From an uncultured Bacilli bacterium (GTDB taxonomy: Bacteria; Bacillota_I; Bacilli_A; RF39; UBA660): a stretch of 64,000 nt of DNA. The notes under the pieces were generated by a model. That model was not told where the DNA came from. It was given only the letters and a program-made list of their open reading frames with translations, and searched no databases. Of the stretch, positions 21,182-31,621 are shown one piece after another (position 1 is the stretch's first letter; the number at the start of each line of letters is the position of its first letter). The translations under genes were made by a program, and so were the position numbers. The stretch covers positions 1,154 through 65,153 of the forward strand of contig CALVOW010000004.1 of the NCBI GenBank assembly GCA_944350445.1. The letters run 5' to 3'.

Positions 21182-21881
21182 TATAGTAGGGAAAAATTTA
21201 AAAATTTACCAAGATGATGAATACTTTAAATTTTCCTTAGAATCAGTTTTATTACCTAATTTTGTAACAATAAATTTAAAAGATAAAAACATTTTAGATC
21301 TTTGTTGCGGAAATGCCCCTATTCCCCTTATTTTGTCTAAGAAAACCAAAGCAAAAATTTATGGGGTTGAACTTCAAAAAGAAATTTATGATTTAGCTTT
21401 AAAAAGTGTCAAAATTAATGAAAAAGAAGAGCAAATTACAATTATAAATGAAGATGTAAAAAACTTAAAAAAAGTTTTTAAGGGAGATATGTTTGATATA
21501 ATAACAGTTAATCCCCCTTATTTTAAAGTAAATTCTAATTCATCTTTAAATCAAAATATAATTAAAGCTAAAGCTCGTCATGAAAACACTTTAACGCTTG
21601 AAGAATTATTAAAAATGGTAACTTATTTGTTAAAAAATAATGCCTCTTTTTATATGGTTCATCGAACTGAGCGGTTAATTGAAATTATTGAAACTTTAAA
21701 AAAATATAAATTAACACCCAAATGCCTACAATTTATGTATCCTTACGAAGGAAAAGAGTCAAAGTTATTTATGATAAAAGCAACCAAAAATGGGCGTGAA
21801 GGTATAAAAGTATTAGATGCAATGTATATTCACAATGAAGATTTAACTTATCAAGATAAAATTAAAGAAATATTTAAATAA
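21165..21881 (+). CDS. SAM-dependent N6-adenine methyltransferase (YabB/TrmN6-like)
   Basis: 238 aa with the SAM-binding stretch LDLCCGNAPI and the NPPY motif (VNPPYFK). It sits at the B. subtilis yabB position. Confidence 0.75.
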   Translation: MEVLNDIVGKNLKIYQDDEYFKFSLESVLLPNFVTINLKDKNILDLCCGNAPIPLILSKKTKAKIYGVELQKEIYDLALKSVKINEKEEQITIINEDVKNLKKVFKGDMFDIITVNPPYFKVNSNSSLNQNIIKAKARHENTLTLEELLKMVTYLLKNNASFYMVHRTERLIEIIETLKKYKLTPKCLQFMYPYEGKESKLFMIKATKNGREGIKVLDAMYIHNEDLTYQDKIKEIFK

Positions 21882-21928
21882 AAATAATAATAACTTTTTA
21901 GTTTAATTTTTGTAATTTGGAGGATAAA

Positions 21929-22489
21929 ATGAAATTAATTGTTGGACTTGGAAATCCCGGACGTGAATATGAAGATACAAGACATAATATAGGATTTCGT
22001 TATTTAGATTTATTTAGTAAATATATAAATGAGACTAATTTTCATGAAAAATTTAATGGTTTATATATTAAAACCAAATATCAAAGTGAAGACTTAATTT
22101 TATTAAAACCAATGTCTTATATGAATTTATCTGGTGAAGTAATTTTAAAATTTGTTAATTATTTTAAAATTAAACCACAAGATATTTTAGTTATTCATGA
22201 TGATTTAGATATGCCAGTTGCCAAAATTAAACTAAAAGAAAATGGTTCAAGTGGTGGACACAATGGCATAAAAAACATTATTTTAAATTTAAATACGGAA
22301 GAATTTAAGCGTTTAAAAATTGGTATCAATAAAGACTCTTCCATTGCAACCAAAGATTATGTTTTAGGTAAGTTCAATTGCGAAGAAAAAGAAAAGTTAG
22401 ATGCTATAAATGCAAAAGTTATTTCCATATTAGTTGATTATTTTAAGTTACCATTTAATGATTTAATGTCAAAATACAATAGGAGATAA
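21929..22489 (+). CDS. pth: Peptidyl-tRNA hydrolase
   Basis: MKLIVGLGNPGREYEDTRHNIGF is the canonical N-terminus. I prefer the ATG at 21929 (GGAGGA RBS at 21919) to the TTG at 21917 used by the ORF track. Confidence 0.92.
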   Translation: MKLIVGLGNPGREYEDTRHNIGFRYLDLFSKYINETNFHEKFNGLYIKTKYQSEDLILLKPMSYMNLSGEVILKFVNYFKIKPQDILVIHDDLDMPVAKIKLKENGSSGGHNGIKNIILNLNTEEFKRLKIGINKDSSIATKDYVLGKFNCEEKEKLDAINAKVISILVDYFKLPFNDLMSKYNRR

Positions 22490-22491
22490 AA

Positions 22492-25400
22492 ATGAAAAGT
22501 ATATTTAATTTATTCAATATAAAATATCAAGATAATCTTGGCTTATCAGGTTTTACTGATGAGTCTTTTTGCCTATACATATATGAACTTTTTATTAAAG
22601 AAAATCGTAGTATTTTAATAACTACACCGAATTTAACTGATGCTAATAATTTGCTTAATATTTTTTCATCTTTTACTTTAGATGTTTTATTCTTTCCAAT
22701 GGATGATTTTTTAACGAGTGAAGCTATTAGTATTAGTCCTGATTTAATGACAACAAGGCTAGAAACTTTAAATGAATTAATTGCTAATAATAAAAAAATT
22801 GTAATTACTGATCTAATGGGTTATTTAAGATATTTACCTAGTAAAAAAATATATCAAAAAAATATTTTAAATTTAAAAGTAGGAATGGAAATTGATCCTA
22901 AAAAACTAGTTGAAAATTTATTTAATTTAGGTTATAAACGTGAAAGTTTAGTAACAAAAACAGGAGAAGTAGGAGTTCGCGGTTTTATAATTGATATTTT
23001 TCCTGTTTCATTTTTAAATCCGGTTCGAATTGAGTTTTTTGGTGATGAAATAGAATCAATTCGTTTCTTTGATGAAGAAACTCAAAAATCAATCAAAGAA
23101 GTAAAAGAAGTTACAATTTATCCCTACCAAGAATTTTTACTTGCTGATTATAGTAATTTAAAAGAAGAAGAAAGAAAACAAAAATATTTACCTGATTATT
23201 TAGATAGTGTTAAAAATATATGTGATTATTTAAATAATCCAATTGTTGTTGTTAAAGATTATACAGTACTCAAAAATACATATGAAAAATTGTTGTTAGA
23301 AATCAATTCTTATAAAGAAAATGATAAAAACTATCATGGAAATTATATGTTTTCTTTGAATATATTAGACAAAAATAAAGTTTTACATTATCTAAGCATT
23401 GATAATTTAATACCTGGTCATAAATTTAGTAATTATATAAATTTAAATATTAAAACAGCTCCGAAATTTCATGAGAATATTGATATTATTAATAATTATT
23501 TAAAAGATTCTTTTGCTATGAAAAAGCAAGTAATTATTTGTTTAAAAGAATATCAAATTAAAAATTTTGTTAAATATTTAGATTTAAATTTTAATTATTT
23601 ATTAACAGATATTAATAACCTAAGTGATTATTTATTAAATATAGTAACTTTTGATTTTCCAAAAGGTTTTATTTATCAAGATAAAGTAATCTTAACCGAT
23701 AAAGATTTATTTAATATAGCTCCAACTAAGAAAAAATATAAAACTAATTTTAAATATGCAACGAAGATAAATAATATTAATAACTTAGAAGTTGGAGATT
23801 ATATTGTTCATAGTATTAATGGAATAGGTATTTATAATGGTATTAAAACTTTAACTGTTAATTCTTTGAAAAAAGATTATTTAGAAATATTATATAAAGA
23901 TGATGATAAACTTTATATCCCGGTAGAAAAATTTGAATTAATTAGTAAATATTCCGGTAAAGAAGGAGTAATTCCCAAAATAAATGGTTTGGGTAGTTTA
24001 GAATGGAAAAAGAATAAGCAAAGAATTATTAATAAAGTTCGCGATATTGCCGATAAACTAATTAAATTATATGCTATGCGGAGTATGCAAAAAGGTTTTG
24101 CTTTTTCTAAAGATACAAAATATCATGAAGAGTTTTATAAACAATTTCCTTATCAACCTACGCTTGATCAATTAGTAAGTTTCGAAAGTATTAAAAAAGA
24201 TATGGAGTCGTCAGCGCCAATGGATAGGCTTTTATGTGGTGATGTTGGGTTTGGAAAAACCGAAGTAGCTTTTCGAGCTATGTTTAAAGCTGTTTATGAT
24301 GGCAAACAAGTGTTGTATCTTTGTCCAACCACCATTCTTTCTAATCAACAATATCAAAATGCCCTTATTCGTTTTAAAAATTTTCCAGTTAATATCGCCC
24401 TTTTAAATCGTTTTACAACTCCAAGTAAAACCAAAGAAATAATTGCGTCTTTAAAAGATGGAACGGTGGATATTGTTATTGGTACTCATCGCTTATTAAG
24501 TGATGATATAAAACCTAAGGATTTAGGTTTATTAGTGATTGATGAAGAGCAACGTTTTGGTGTTACCCATAAAGAAAAAATCAAACAATATAAAGCTAAT
24601 GTTGATGTTTTAACTTTAACAGCAACCCCAATTCCTAGAACTTTACAAATGTCTATCATTGGTATTCGTTCTTTATCAGTTATTAAAACTCCGCCAGTTA
24701 ATCGTTATCCAGTTCAAACCTATGTAGTTTATGAACAAGAAAATTTAATCAAAGATGCAATTGTTAAAGAAATGCTTCGTGATGGTCAGGTTTTTATTCT
24801 TTATAATCGGGTTGAAACAATTGAAGCCAAAATGGCAGAAATTCAAAAATTAGTTCCAACGGCACGAATTGTTTTAGCTCATGGAAGGCTTACCAAAAAC
24901 GAATTAGAAGATCGGATGCTGAAATTTATTAATCATGAATATGATATTTTACTTTGTACAACCATTATTGAAACAGGAATTGATATTCCTAATGCGAATA
25001 CCTTAATTGTTCTTGATGCTGATCGATTTGGCTTAGCTCAGTTATATCAAATAAGAGGCCGAGTTGGGCGAAGTAATAAAATTGCTTATGCTTATTTAAT
25101 GTACCAAGAAAATAAAGTTTTAAGTGAAGCTAGTATTAAGCGATTAAATGTCTTAAAAGAGTTTACAGAGCTTGGTAGTGGTTATGCGATTGCTAATCGT
25201 GATTTAACAATTCGGGGAGCCGGAGATATTTTAGGTAGTGAACAAGCAGGCTTTATTGATACGGTTGGAATTGATTTATATCTAAAAATTTTAAATGATG
25301 AGATTAAACGTCTTAAAGGAGAAACTGTTATCGAAGATGAAATAAAAGATGAAAAACCATTAATAAATGTTTCAACCCATATTGATGATAAATATGTAAC

Positions 25401-25806
25401 CGATAATGACTTAAAAATTGAAATTCATAAAATGATTAATACAATTGATTCATATGAAAAACTTTTAAGTGTCAAAGCCGAATTTGAAGATCGTTTTGGT
25501 CCATCTTCCGAAGAAATTTTAGTTTATATGCATCAAGAATGGTTTGAAAAATTGGCTAAAAAAGTTGGTATCGAAGAAGTTAAACAAAATCCTAAGGAAA
25601 TTGAGTTAATTTATTCGATGGAAGCTAGTAAAAATATTAATAGCCAAGAATTATTTATGAAAGCCTATAAAATCTCACCTAATTTTAAATTTAGTTATCA
25701 CAGTTTAAGAGTTCATGTTACTTTATCTTTAAACAAATTAGAACGTCATCCAATTTATTATTTAATAGACTTAATAAATGATGAAAATATAAATAAAAAT
25801 ATTTAA
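22492..25806 (+). CDS. mfd: Transcription-repair coupling factor
   Basis: 1104 aa with a UvrB-homology N-terminus, an RNAP-interacting Tudor-like region (VGDYIVHSINGIGIY), SF2 motifs GDVGFGKTEVA and DEEQRFG, and a TRCF C-terminal domain. Confidence 0.95.
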   Translation: MKSIFNLFNIKYQDNLGLSGFTDESFCLYIYELFIKENRSILITTPNLTDANNLLNIFSSFTLDVLFFPMDDFLTSEAISISPDLMTTRLETLNELIANNKKIVITDLMGYLRYLPSKKIYQKNILNLKVGMEIDPKKLVENLFNLGYKRESLVTKTGEVGVRGFIIDIFPVSFLNPVRIEFFGDEIESIRFFDEETQKSIKEVKEVTIYPYQEFLLADYSNLKEEERKQKYLPDYLDSVKNICDYLNNPIVVVKDYTVLKNTYEKLLLEINSYKENDKNYHGNYMFSLNILDKNKVLHYLSIDNLIPGHKFSNYINLNIKTAPKFHENIDIINNYLKDSFAMKKQVIICLKEYQIKNFVKYLDLNFNYLLTDINNLSDYLLNIVTFDFPKGFIYQDKVILTDKDLFNIAPTKKKYKTNFKYATKINNINNLEVGDYIVHSINGIGIYNGIKTLTVNSLKKDYLEILYKDDDKLYIPVEKFELISKYSGKEGVIPKINGLGSLEWKKNKQRIINKVRDIADKLIKLYAMRSMQKGFAFSKDTKYHEEFYKQFPYQPTLDQLVSFESIKKDMESSAPMDRLLCGDVGFGKTEVAFRAMFKAVYDGKQVLYLCPTTILSNQQYQNALIRFKNFPVNIALLNRFTTPSKTKEIIASLKDGTVDIVIGTHRLLSDDIKPKDLGLLVIDEEQRFGVTHKEKIKQYKANVDVLTLTATPIPRTLQMSIIGIRSLSVIKTPPVNRYPVQTYVVYEQENLIKDAIVKEMLRDGQVFILYNRVETIEAKMAEIQKLVPTARIVLAHGRLTKNELEDRMLKFINHEYDILLCTTIIETGIDIPNANTLIVLDADRFGLAQLYQIRGRVGRSNKIAYAYLMYQENKVLSEASIKRLNVLKEFTELGSGYAIANRDLTIRGAGDILGSEQAGFIDTVGIDLYLKILNDEIKRLKGETVIEDEIKDEKPLINVSTHIDDKYVTDNDLKIEIHKMINTIDSYEKLLSVKAEFEDRFGPSSEEILVYMHQEWFEKLAKKVGIEEVKQNPKEIELIYSMEASKNINSQELFMKAYKISPNFKFSYHSLRVHVTLSLNKLERHPIYYLIDLINDENINKNI

Positions 25807-25812
25807 AATAAA

Positions 25813-25864
25813 AAAACAGAAATTCATTAAATATAAATTTTTTTGAAATTCTGTTTTATTTTAT
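25813..25864 (+). terminator. Rho-independent terminator after mfd
   Basis: AAAACAGAAATTC / GAAATTCTGTTTT 13-bp stem with a T-rich tail. Confidence 0.7.
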
Positions 25865-26075
25865 CTTGTTTTGTAAATATCTTATATATCTATTTTGTCA
25901 TTTAATTTATTAGTAGAAATTATTTTTTTATAGTCGCGTCAAAAAAATCTTTATCATTTCTTGACTATTTGCCATCTAAATTTCTCCTTTTTAGATTAAC
26001 ATTAATAGTAAAATTTGACAAATTTGTGTAAAATTGATATTCTTATAATGTAGTAAGTAATAGAAAGGGTTAAAT

Positions 26076-26669
26076 ATGAGTAATTCAGAAGATATAAAAA
26101 AGCAGTTAAAGATAAAAAATAAAGAAATTTATCAAAATAAGCTAAATCTTGATCTAGATAATAATTTAGAAGTTCTTGTATTAACAATTGATAATTACCT
26201 ACAAAAAGTTCAAAATGATTCAACCGAAAAAATTTTAGAAATTGAAGAAAGTTTTTTTAATCAAGAAAAAATTCAGGAAAGTATTTCTATTTTTTTAAAT
26301 TTGTATCGTGAAAATTTAATGATGTTAATTGATTTAAAAAAAGAAAATTTACAAAACATTTTAATTATTCAAGATAATTTAGAAAATTGTCGGGATAATC
26401 TTTTAAGTAATTATAATAATATTAAAACAAATTTATATGAATTTTCTAGTAAAAATATTAAAACTTTAAAAGAGGGTTTAAATGAACAAATGGATTCATC
26501 TTTTAAAAAGAAAAGATTAGAAGATTATTTAGAAAATATATTTTTAAGTAATTTAAATAATAAAGTTTTAGATATTATAAAAACAAGAGATATAATTTTA
26601 TTAAATACTTTTGAAGAAACTTATTTAAAGTATTTAGAATTAAATAAAAATACCGTAGGAGTTAATTAA
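26076..26669 (+). CDS. Hypothetical N/K/E/L-rich, probably alpha-helical protein
   Basis: 197-aa ORF with a weak AAGGG RBS, no TM segment and no motif I recognise. Confidence 0.5.
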   Translation: MSNSEDIKKQLKIKNKEIYQNKLNLDLDNNLEVLVLTIDNYLQKVQNDSTEKILEIEESFFNQEKIQESISIFLNLYRENLMMLIDLKKENLQNILIIQDNLENCRDNLLSNYNNIKTNLYEFSSKNIKTLKEGLNEQMDSSFKKKRLEDYLENIFLSNLNNKVLDIIKTRDIILLNTFEETYLKYLELNKNTVGVN

Positions 26670-26732
26670 AAAATTAATTTCTTTTTTTGTATATTTTTTA
26701 CCTTTTAACAAATAATAAAATTGGGTGATCAA

Positions 26733-27257
26733 ATGAAAGGTACCGGTATGGTAAGAAGAGTAGATGGATTAGGTAGAATTGTAATCCCAAAAGAAATAAG
26801 AAAAGTCTTAAAAATTAAAGAAAATGAACAAGTAGAAATTAATGTAGATGATGATAGTATTGTTTTAAAACGTTATTCAGAATTAGATAAATATGATGTC
26901 TCCCTTACCAATTTAATAGATTGTATTAAAGAAGTTTATAATTTAGATATTTTACTTACTAATTTAAATTCTTTTGTTTTAACATCTAATTCTTATAAAG
27001 ATTTTTTAGGATTAGAAATAAGTCCTTATTTAAATAATATTTTGGAAAAGAGAAAAGAAGTTTATGAACATATTCCAATTGTTTTATCTTTAAATGAAAA
27101 TAAAGAGGATATAAAAGTTTCTTATATAATTAAAACGGTTATTAAAAATGGTGATATAGTTGGTTTATTAATTCTCTTACAAGATGGTAATTTAGAAAAT
27201 AATGATTTAAAAGTATTAGAACTTTTAAATAAATTTTTAGATAAATATCTTGAATAG
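26733..27257 (+). CDS. spoVT: Stage V sporulation protein T (AbrB-family regulator with a GAF-like C-terminus)
   Basis: MKGTGMVRRVDGLGRIVIPKEIRKVLKIKE closely matches the B. subtilis SpoVT N-terminus. The 174-aa length and the position after mfd also match. I prefer the ATG at 26733 to the TTG at 26721. Confidence 0.82.
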   Translation: MKGTGMVRRVDGLGRIVIPKEIRKVLKIKENEQVEINVDDDSIVLKRYSELDKYDVSLTNLIDCIKEVYNLDILLTNLNSFVLTSNSYKDFLGLEISPYLNNILEKRKEVYEHIPIVLSLNENKEDIKVSYIIKTVIKNGDIVGLLILLQDGNLENNDLKVLELLNKFLDKYLE

Positions 27258-27280
27258 AAACTTTGAATATGTTATTATAA

Positions 27281-27483
27281 AGCCGTAAAGCAATGAAGAA
27301 ATGAGTACATTTTTGTCTTATTAAAGAGATGTTTTGGTTGGTGGAAAAAACAATAAGAGGAAATGGAAGATGGTTTTGGAGCTTGGTAACACGCTTTCTC
27401 GCGTTAAAAGAAATGAGACATAGTAATATGTGAAATAAGGTGGTACCACGAAATCTTCGTCCTTTGGACTAAGATTTTTTTTT
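27281..27483 (+). promoter_or_regulatory. T-box riboswitch leader (probable Met specifier) with intrinsic terminator
   Basis: Stem I features are present: AATGAAGAAATGAGTA (GA/K-turn-like), an AGAGA bay and a distal GGTTGGTGGAAA. The T-box sequence AAGGTGGTACCACG lies at 27437-27450, and a terminator hairpin plus T9 at 27451-27483. GAA-ATG-G at 27360-27366 is the candidate specifier. Confidence 0.8.
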
Positions 27484-27554
27484 AATATTATAGGAGGGAT
27501 TCTATGTTTAAACGGATGTTTATCATATTATAAAATTAGAGGGTAGGAGGTATT

Positions 27555-28331
27555 ATGAAAAATAAAACAATACATTTTATTAGTAATAAAAAAATTATAA
27601 TTATTACATTAATTTCTATTTTTCTTTTAATAACTGTTTTTTGCAGTTTTCAAACTATTAAAAGTGGCGAAGTTGGACTTCGGGTTCGTTTTGGAAAAAT
27701 TATTGATAGTAATTTATCCGAAGGATTTAATTTTAAAATTCCTTATATCGAAAAAATCGTAAAAGTAAATATTAAAGTTCAAAAAGTAGAACTAACAACA
27801 GCTGCAGCTAGCAAAGATTTACAAGATATTAATACTAATTTAGCTATTAATTATCGAGTTTTAAGTGAAGAGGCTAGTAATTTATATAAAACAGTTGGTA
27901 ATGCTTATGAAGAAATTATTTTAGTTCCTGTAATAGAAGAGAGTTTAAAAGCAATTATCTCTAATTATACAGCTGAGGAAACAATTACTAAACGAAGTGA
28001 AGTATCAAGTAAATGTTTAGAAGAATTACAAGATAAAGTAGAAAAATATGGAATTGTAATTGATAATTTTAATATTATTAATTTATCTTTTAGTGAAGAA
28101 TATTCAAAAGCTATTGAAGAAAAACAAGTTGCTGAACAAAAATTAGCAACTGCTAAACTAGAAGCTGAAGCTCTGATTGTTGAAGCTGAGGCAACGAAAG
28201 AGGCTAATGAACTTTTAAAGCAATCTCTAACAGATGAATTAATCGAAAAACAATTTATTGAAAAATGGGATGGAAAATTACCTGAAACATATGCTGGAGA
28301 CGACATTTTAGGAATTTTTAAAACCAAATAG
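27555..28331 (+). CDS. SPFH/band 7 (prohibitin-family) membrane protein
   Basis: 258 aa with an N-terminal TM, an SPFH core (GEVGLRVRFGKI...) and an Ala/Glu coiled coil (AEQKLATAKLEAEALIVEAEA). Confidence 0.85.
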   Translation: MKNKTIHFISNKKIIIITLISIFLLITVFCSFQTIKSGEVGLRVRFGKIIDSNLSEGFNFKIPYIEKIVKVNIKVQKVELTTAAASKDLQDINTNLAINYRVLSEEASNLYKTVGNAYEEIILVPVIEESLKAIISNYTAEETITKRSEVSSKCLEELQDKVEKYGIVIDNFNIINLSFSEEYSKAIEEKQVAEQKLATAKLEAEALIVEAEATKEANELLKQSLTDELIEKQFIEKWDGKLPETYAGDDILGIFKTK

Positions 28332-28342
28332 GAGGGAATATT

Positions 28343-29887
28343 ATGGAAAAAGAAAATAAAAAATATTATGTAACTACACCCATTTATTATCCATCAGCTA
28401 ATTTTCACATTGGGCATTGCTATACAACAGTAATAGCTGATAGTATTGCAAGATATAAAAAATTACTTGGTTATGATGTTTATTTTTTAACTGGTAGTGA
28501 TGAACATGGGTTGAAAATTCAAAAAAAAGCTTTGGAAAATGGGGTAACACCACAAGAATATGTTGATGAAATAATTTTAAATGCTAAAGATTTATGGAAA
28601 AGTTTAAATATTAATTATGATAAATTTATAAGAACAACTGATTCTTATCATATAGAAACTGTTCAAAAAATATTTAAAAAATTATATGATCAAGGAGATA
28701 TATATAAAGGTGAATATAAAGGTCTTTATTGTACACCTTGTGAGTCTTTTTGGACAGAAACGCAACTTATCGATGGAAAATGTCCTGATTGTGGACGAGA
28801 TGTTTCCGAGGTAAGTGAAGAAGCTTATTTCTTTAGATTAAGTAAATATCAAGATCGTTTAGTCGAATATATTAATTCACATCCTGATTTTATTCAACCA
28901 GTATCAAGAAAAAATGAAATGATGAATAATTTTATTAAACCAGGTCTTGAAGATTTATGCGTATCAAGAACCAGTTTTAGTTGGGGAATTCCTGTTACTT
29001 TTGATTCTAAACATGTTGTTTATGTTTGGATTGATGCCCTTTCTAATTATATTAGTGCTCTTGGTTATTTAAGCGAAGATGATAGTTTATTTAAAAAGTT
29101 TTGGCCAGCTGATTTACATATAGTTGGTAAAGAAATAGTTCGCTTTCATACAATTATTTGGCCTTGCTTATTAATGGCTTTAGATTTACCATTACCAAAG
29201 CAAATTTTTGGTCATGGTTGGTTAATTATTAATGGTGGGAAAATTTCTAAAAGTTTAGGAAATTATCGTGATCCTAGGGAATATGTAAAAGAATATGGTG
29301 CTGATGCTATTCGTTATTATTTACTTCGCGAAGTGCCTTTTGGATCTGATGGTGTATTTAGTGAAGAATTATTAATATCTCGTTATAATACGGATTTAGC
29401 TAATACGATTGGTAATCTTTTAAATCGAACTTTATCAATGTTAACGAAATATTTTAATGGGGTTATTGAAAAAACAGATGCAAACACAGACTTTGATGCT
29501 GATTTAATTGAATTAGTAACGTGTACTAATAAAAAAGCCAATGATTATATGGATAAATTAGAAATTCCTGAAGCTTTAGACTCTATCCTTTCCATTTTTA
29601 GAAGATGTAATAAATACATTGATGAAACTACACCTTGGATACTTGCCAAAGAAGGAAAAAATGCAGAATTAAAAAATGTTTTATATAATATTTTAGAATC
29701 AATTAGAATTGGAGCAATTTTGTTAAGTCCATTTTTGCCTGATACTTCCAAAGAAATATTACGACAAATAAATACGAAAGAGACTAATTATCAAACAACT
29801 AATACATTTGGCTTATTAGAGAATGGTATTTCTATTGCTGACTATAAACCAATTTTTATGAGGATTGTAAAAACTGATGAAAAGTAA
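28343..29887 (+). CDS. metG: Methionine--tRNA ligase (short form, no C-terminal tRNA-binding domain)
   Basis: 514 aa with the HIGH-type motif NFHIGH, zinc knuckles CTPC...CPDC and the KMSKS-type motif KISKS. Confidence 0.95.
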   Translation: MEKENKKYYVTTPIYYPSANFHIGHCYTTVIADSIARYKKLLGYDVYFLTGSDEHGLKIQKKALENGVTPQEYVDEIILNAKDLWKSLNINYDKFIRTTDSYHIETVQKIFKKLYDQGDIYKGEYKGLYCTPCESFWTETQLIDGKCPDCGRDVSEVSEEAYFFRLSKYQDRLVEYINSHPDFIQPVSRKNEMMNNFIKPGLEDLCVSRTSFSWGIPVTFDSKHVVYVWIDALSNYISALGYLSEDDSLFKKFWPADLHIVGKEIVRFHTIIWPCLLMALDLPLPKQIFGHGWLIINGGKISKSLGNYRDPREYVKEYGADAIRYYLLREVPFGSDGVFSEELLISRYNTDLANTIGNLLNRTLSMLTKYFNGVIEKTDANTDFDADLIELVTCTNKKANDYMDKLEIPEALDSILSIFRRCNKYIDETTPWILAKEGKNAELKNVLYNILESIRIGAILLSPFLPDTSKEILRQINTKETNYQTTNTFGLLENGISIADYKPIFMRIVKTDEK

Positions 29888-30644
29888 TCAACTAACCGAT
29901 ACACATTTTCATCTTTCTTTATCTGATGATATTGAAAAAATTTTAAAAGAAGCCAAAGAAGTTGGTGTTTCTAACTTTATTATGTCTGCTTGTGATTTAA
30001 AAAGTATTGAAGAAGGACTAGAAATTATTAATAAATATGAAGATATTTATTTAACAATTGGTATCCATCCAGATGAAATAACAAGTTTTAATGACAATAC
30101 TATTGCTTATTTAGAAAAACTTATATTAAATAATAAAAAAATAATAGGTATTGGAGAAATTGGCTTAGATTATTATCATAACAAAGAAAATAAAGAGGAA
30201 CAAAGAAGAATATTTAAACTACAACTTGATTTAGCCACCAAACTAAATTTACCAGTAGTAATTCATACTAGAGATGCTTTTTTAGATACTTATAATATTT
30301 TAAAAGAATATTCTTTAAAGGGAACTATTCATTGTTTTACCTTATCACTTGAATGTGCTAATATGTATATTAATTTAGGTTATTTACTAGGAATAGGTGG
30401 AGTATCAACTTATAAAAATGCTAATTTAAAAAATGTTTTAAAAGAAGTTGATTTAAAGCATATCGTTTTAGAAACAGATAGTCCTTATCTTTCTCCTGAA
30501 CCTTTAAGAGGAACAAAGAATAGTCCCAAAAATATTAGTATTATTTGTGATAATTTATGTAAAATTAAAAATTTGCCTCGTGATGAAGTTATTAAAATAA
30601 CAACTAATAATGTCATAAAAAATTATAATAGACTACAAAATTAG
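29877..30644 (+). CDS. tatD: TatD-family metal-dependent hydrolase/DNase (YabD)
   Basis: 255 aa with DTHFHL, GEIGLDY, VIHTRDA and ETDSPYL motifs. It overlaps the end of metG. Confidence 0.9.
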   Translation: MKSNQLTDTHFHLSLSDDIEKILKEAKEVGVSNFIMSACDLKSIEEGLEIINKYEDIYLTIGIHPDEITSFNDNTIAYLEKLILNNKKIIGIGEIGLDYYHNKENKEEQRRIFKLQLDLATKLNLPVVIHTRDAFLDTYNILKEYSLKGTIHCFTLSLECANMYINLGYLLGIGGVSTYKNANLKNVLKEVDLKHIVLETDSPYLSPEPLRGTKNSPKNISIICDNLCKIKNLPRDEVIKITTNNVIKNYNRLQN

Positions 30645-30671
30645 TTTATTATAATTTTTATATAAATAAAA

Positions 30672-30720
30672 AAAACTCTATCTTTAACCATAATAAATTA
30701 TGACAGATAGAGTTTTATAT
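30672..30720 (+). terminator. Putative terminator after tatD
   Basis: AAAACTCTATCT / AGATAGAGTTTT 12-bp stem with a 21-nt loop. A second hairpin, TTGACTGA / TCAGTCAA, follows at about 30721-30752. Confidence 0.5.
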
Positions 30721-30874
30721 TGACTGAAAAATTTAAAAATTCATCAGTCAATTATATTATGTGGAAGTATTTTAACTTTATACATAATATTATTAATTTT
30801 TTAAATATTAAATTTTTAAAAATTTGACTAATTTTTATTTAAGTGATATATTTCTATCATAGAGGTGGTTTACT

Positions 30875-31465
30875 TTGAAATTTAAAAAGAAGCAAATCAA
30901 TTCGTTAGTCTTATATTTTTTTACACTCTTTTATGTAATTAGTTTATTATTTATGATTGGAACTAGTAATAATAAAGATTTAGTAGTTGTTAGTAATATA
31001 CATACAGTTAAAGCAGTAGAATCTTCAAGAGTGGCAATGATAAATGAAAAAATAACTAATAATAATCAAGAAGAATTTATAAAAGTATTTTCAACCGAAG
31101 AAATAAAATTAAATCAAGGTAAGAAATTAGAATTTGTTGGAACCTTAACAGGATATGGTCCAGATTGTGTAGGTTGTAGTGGTAAAGTTGCTTGTGAACC
31201 TTATCAAAATGTAAAAAATGGCAATATATATTATCAAGATTCTTATTATGGAAAAATTAGAATTTTAGCAGCTGATGAAAGTATTCCTTGTGGTAGCATT
31301 ATAAAAATATCTAATTATTTTGATAGTGATTTTTATGGGATAGTTTTAGATAGAGGAAGTGCTGTTGTAGGATTGACAATGGATCTTTTATATGAAAGTG
31401 AAAAAAGTCTTGGTTTGGGACGTGTACATAATATTAATTTTCAAATAGAAAGATGGGGCTATTAA
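30875..31465 (+). CDS. Membrane-anchored 3D-domain (MltA/YabE/YuiC-like double-psi beta-barrel) protein
   Basis: 196 aa with a TTG start and an AGAGGTGG RBS. It has an N-terminal TM, then GTLTGYGPDCVGCSG...RILAAD...GSIIKI...GIVLDRGSAV, typical of 3D domains. It sits at the B. subtilis yabE position. Confidence 0.7.
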   Translation: MKFKKKQINSLVLYFFTLFYVISLLFMIGTSNNKDLVVVSNIHTVKAVESSRVAMINEKITNNNQEEFIKVFSTEEIKLNQGKKLEFVGTLTGYGPDCVGCSGKVACEPYQNVKNGNIYYQDSYYGKIRILAADESIPCGSIIKISNYFDSDFYGIVLDRGSAVVGLTMDLLYESEKSLGLGRVHNINFQIERWGY

Positions 31466-31621
31466 CTCCATTTTTTTATTTGTTAAAAAATATAAAAAAT
31501 AAAAATTAATTATGATAGTTATTTTACTAATTTGTAAATTTATGAATTAAAAAACTTTAAAAAGGTATTGTAAATTAAAAAAATATATGATATATTTTTA
31601 ACATAAGGAGGATATGAAAAA

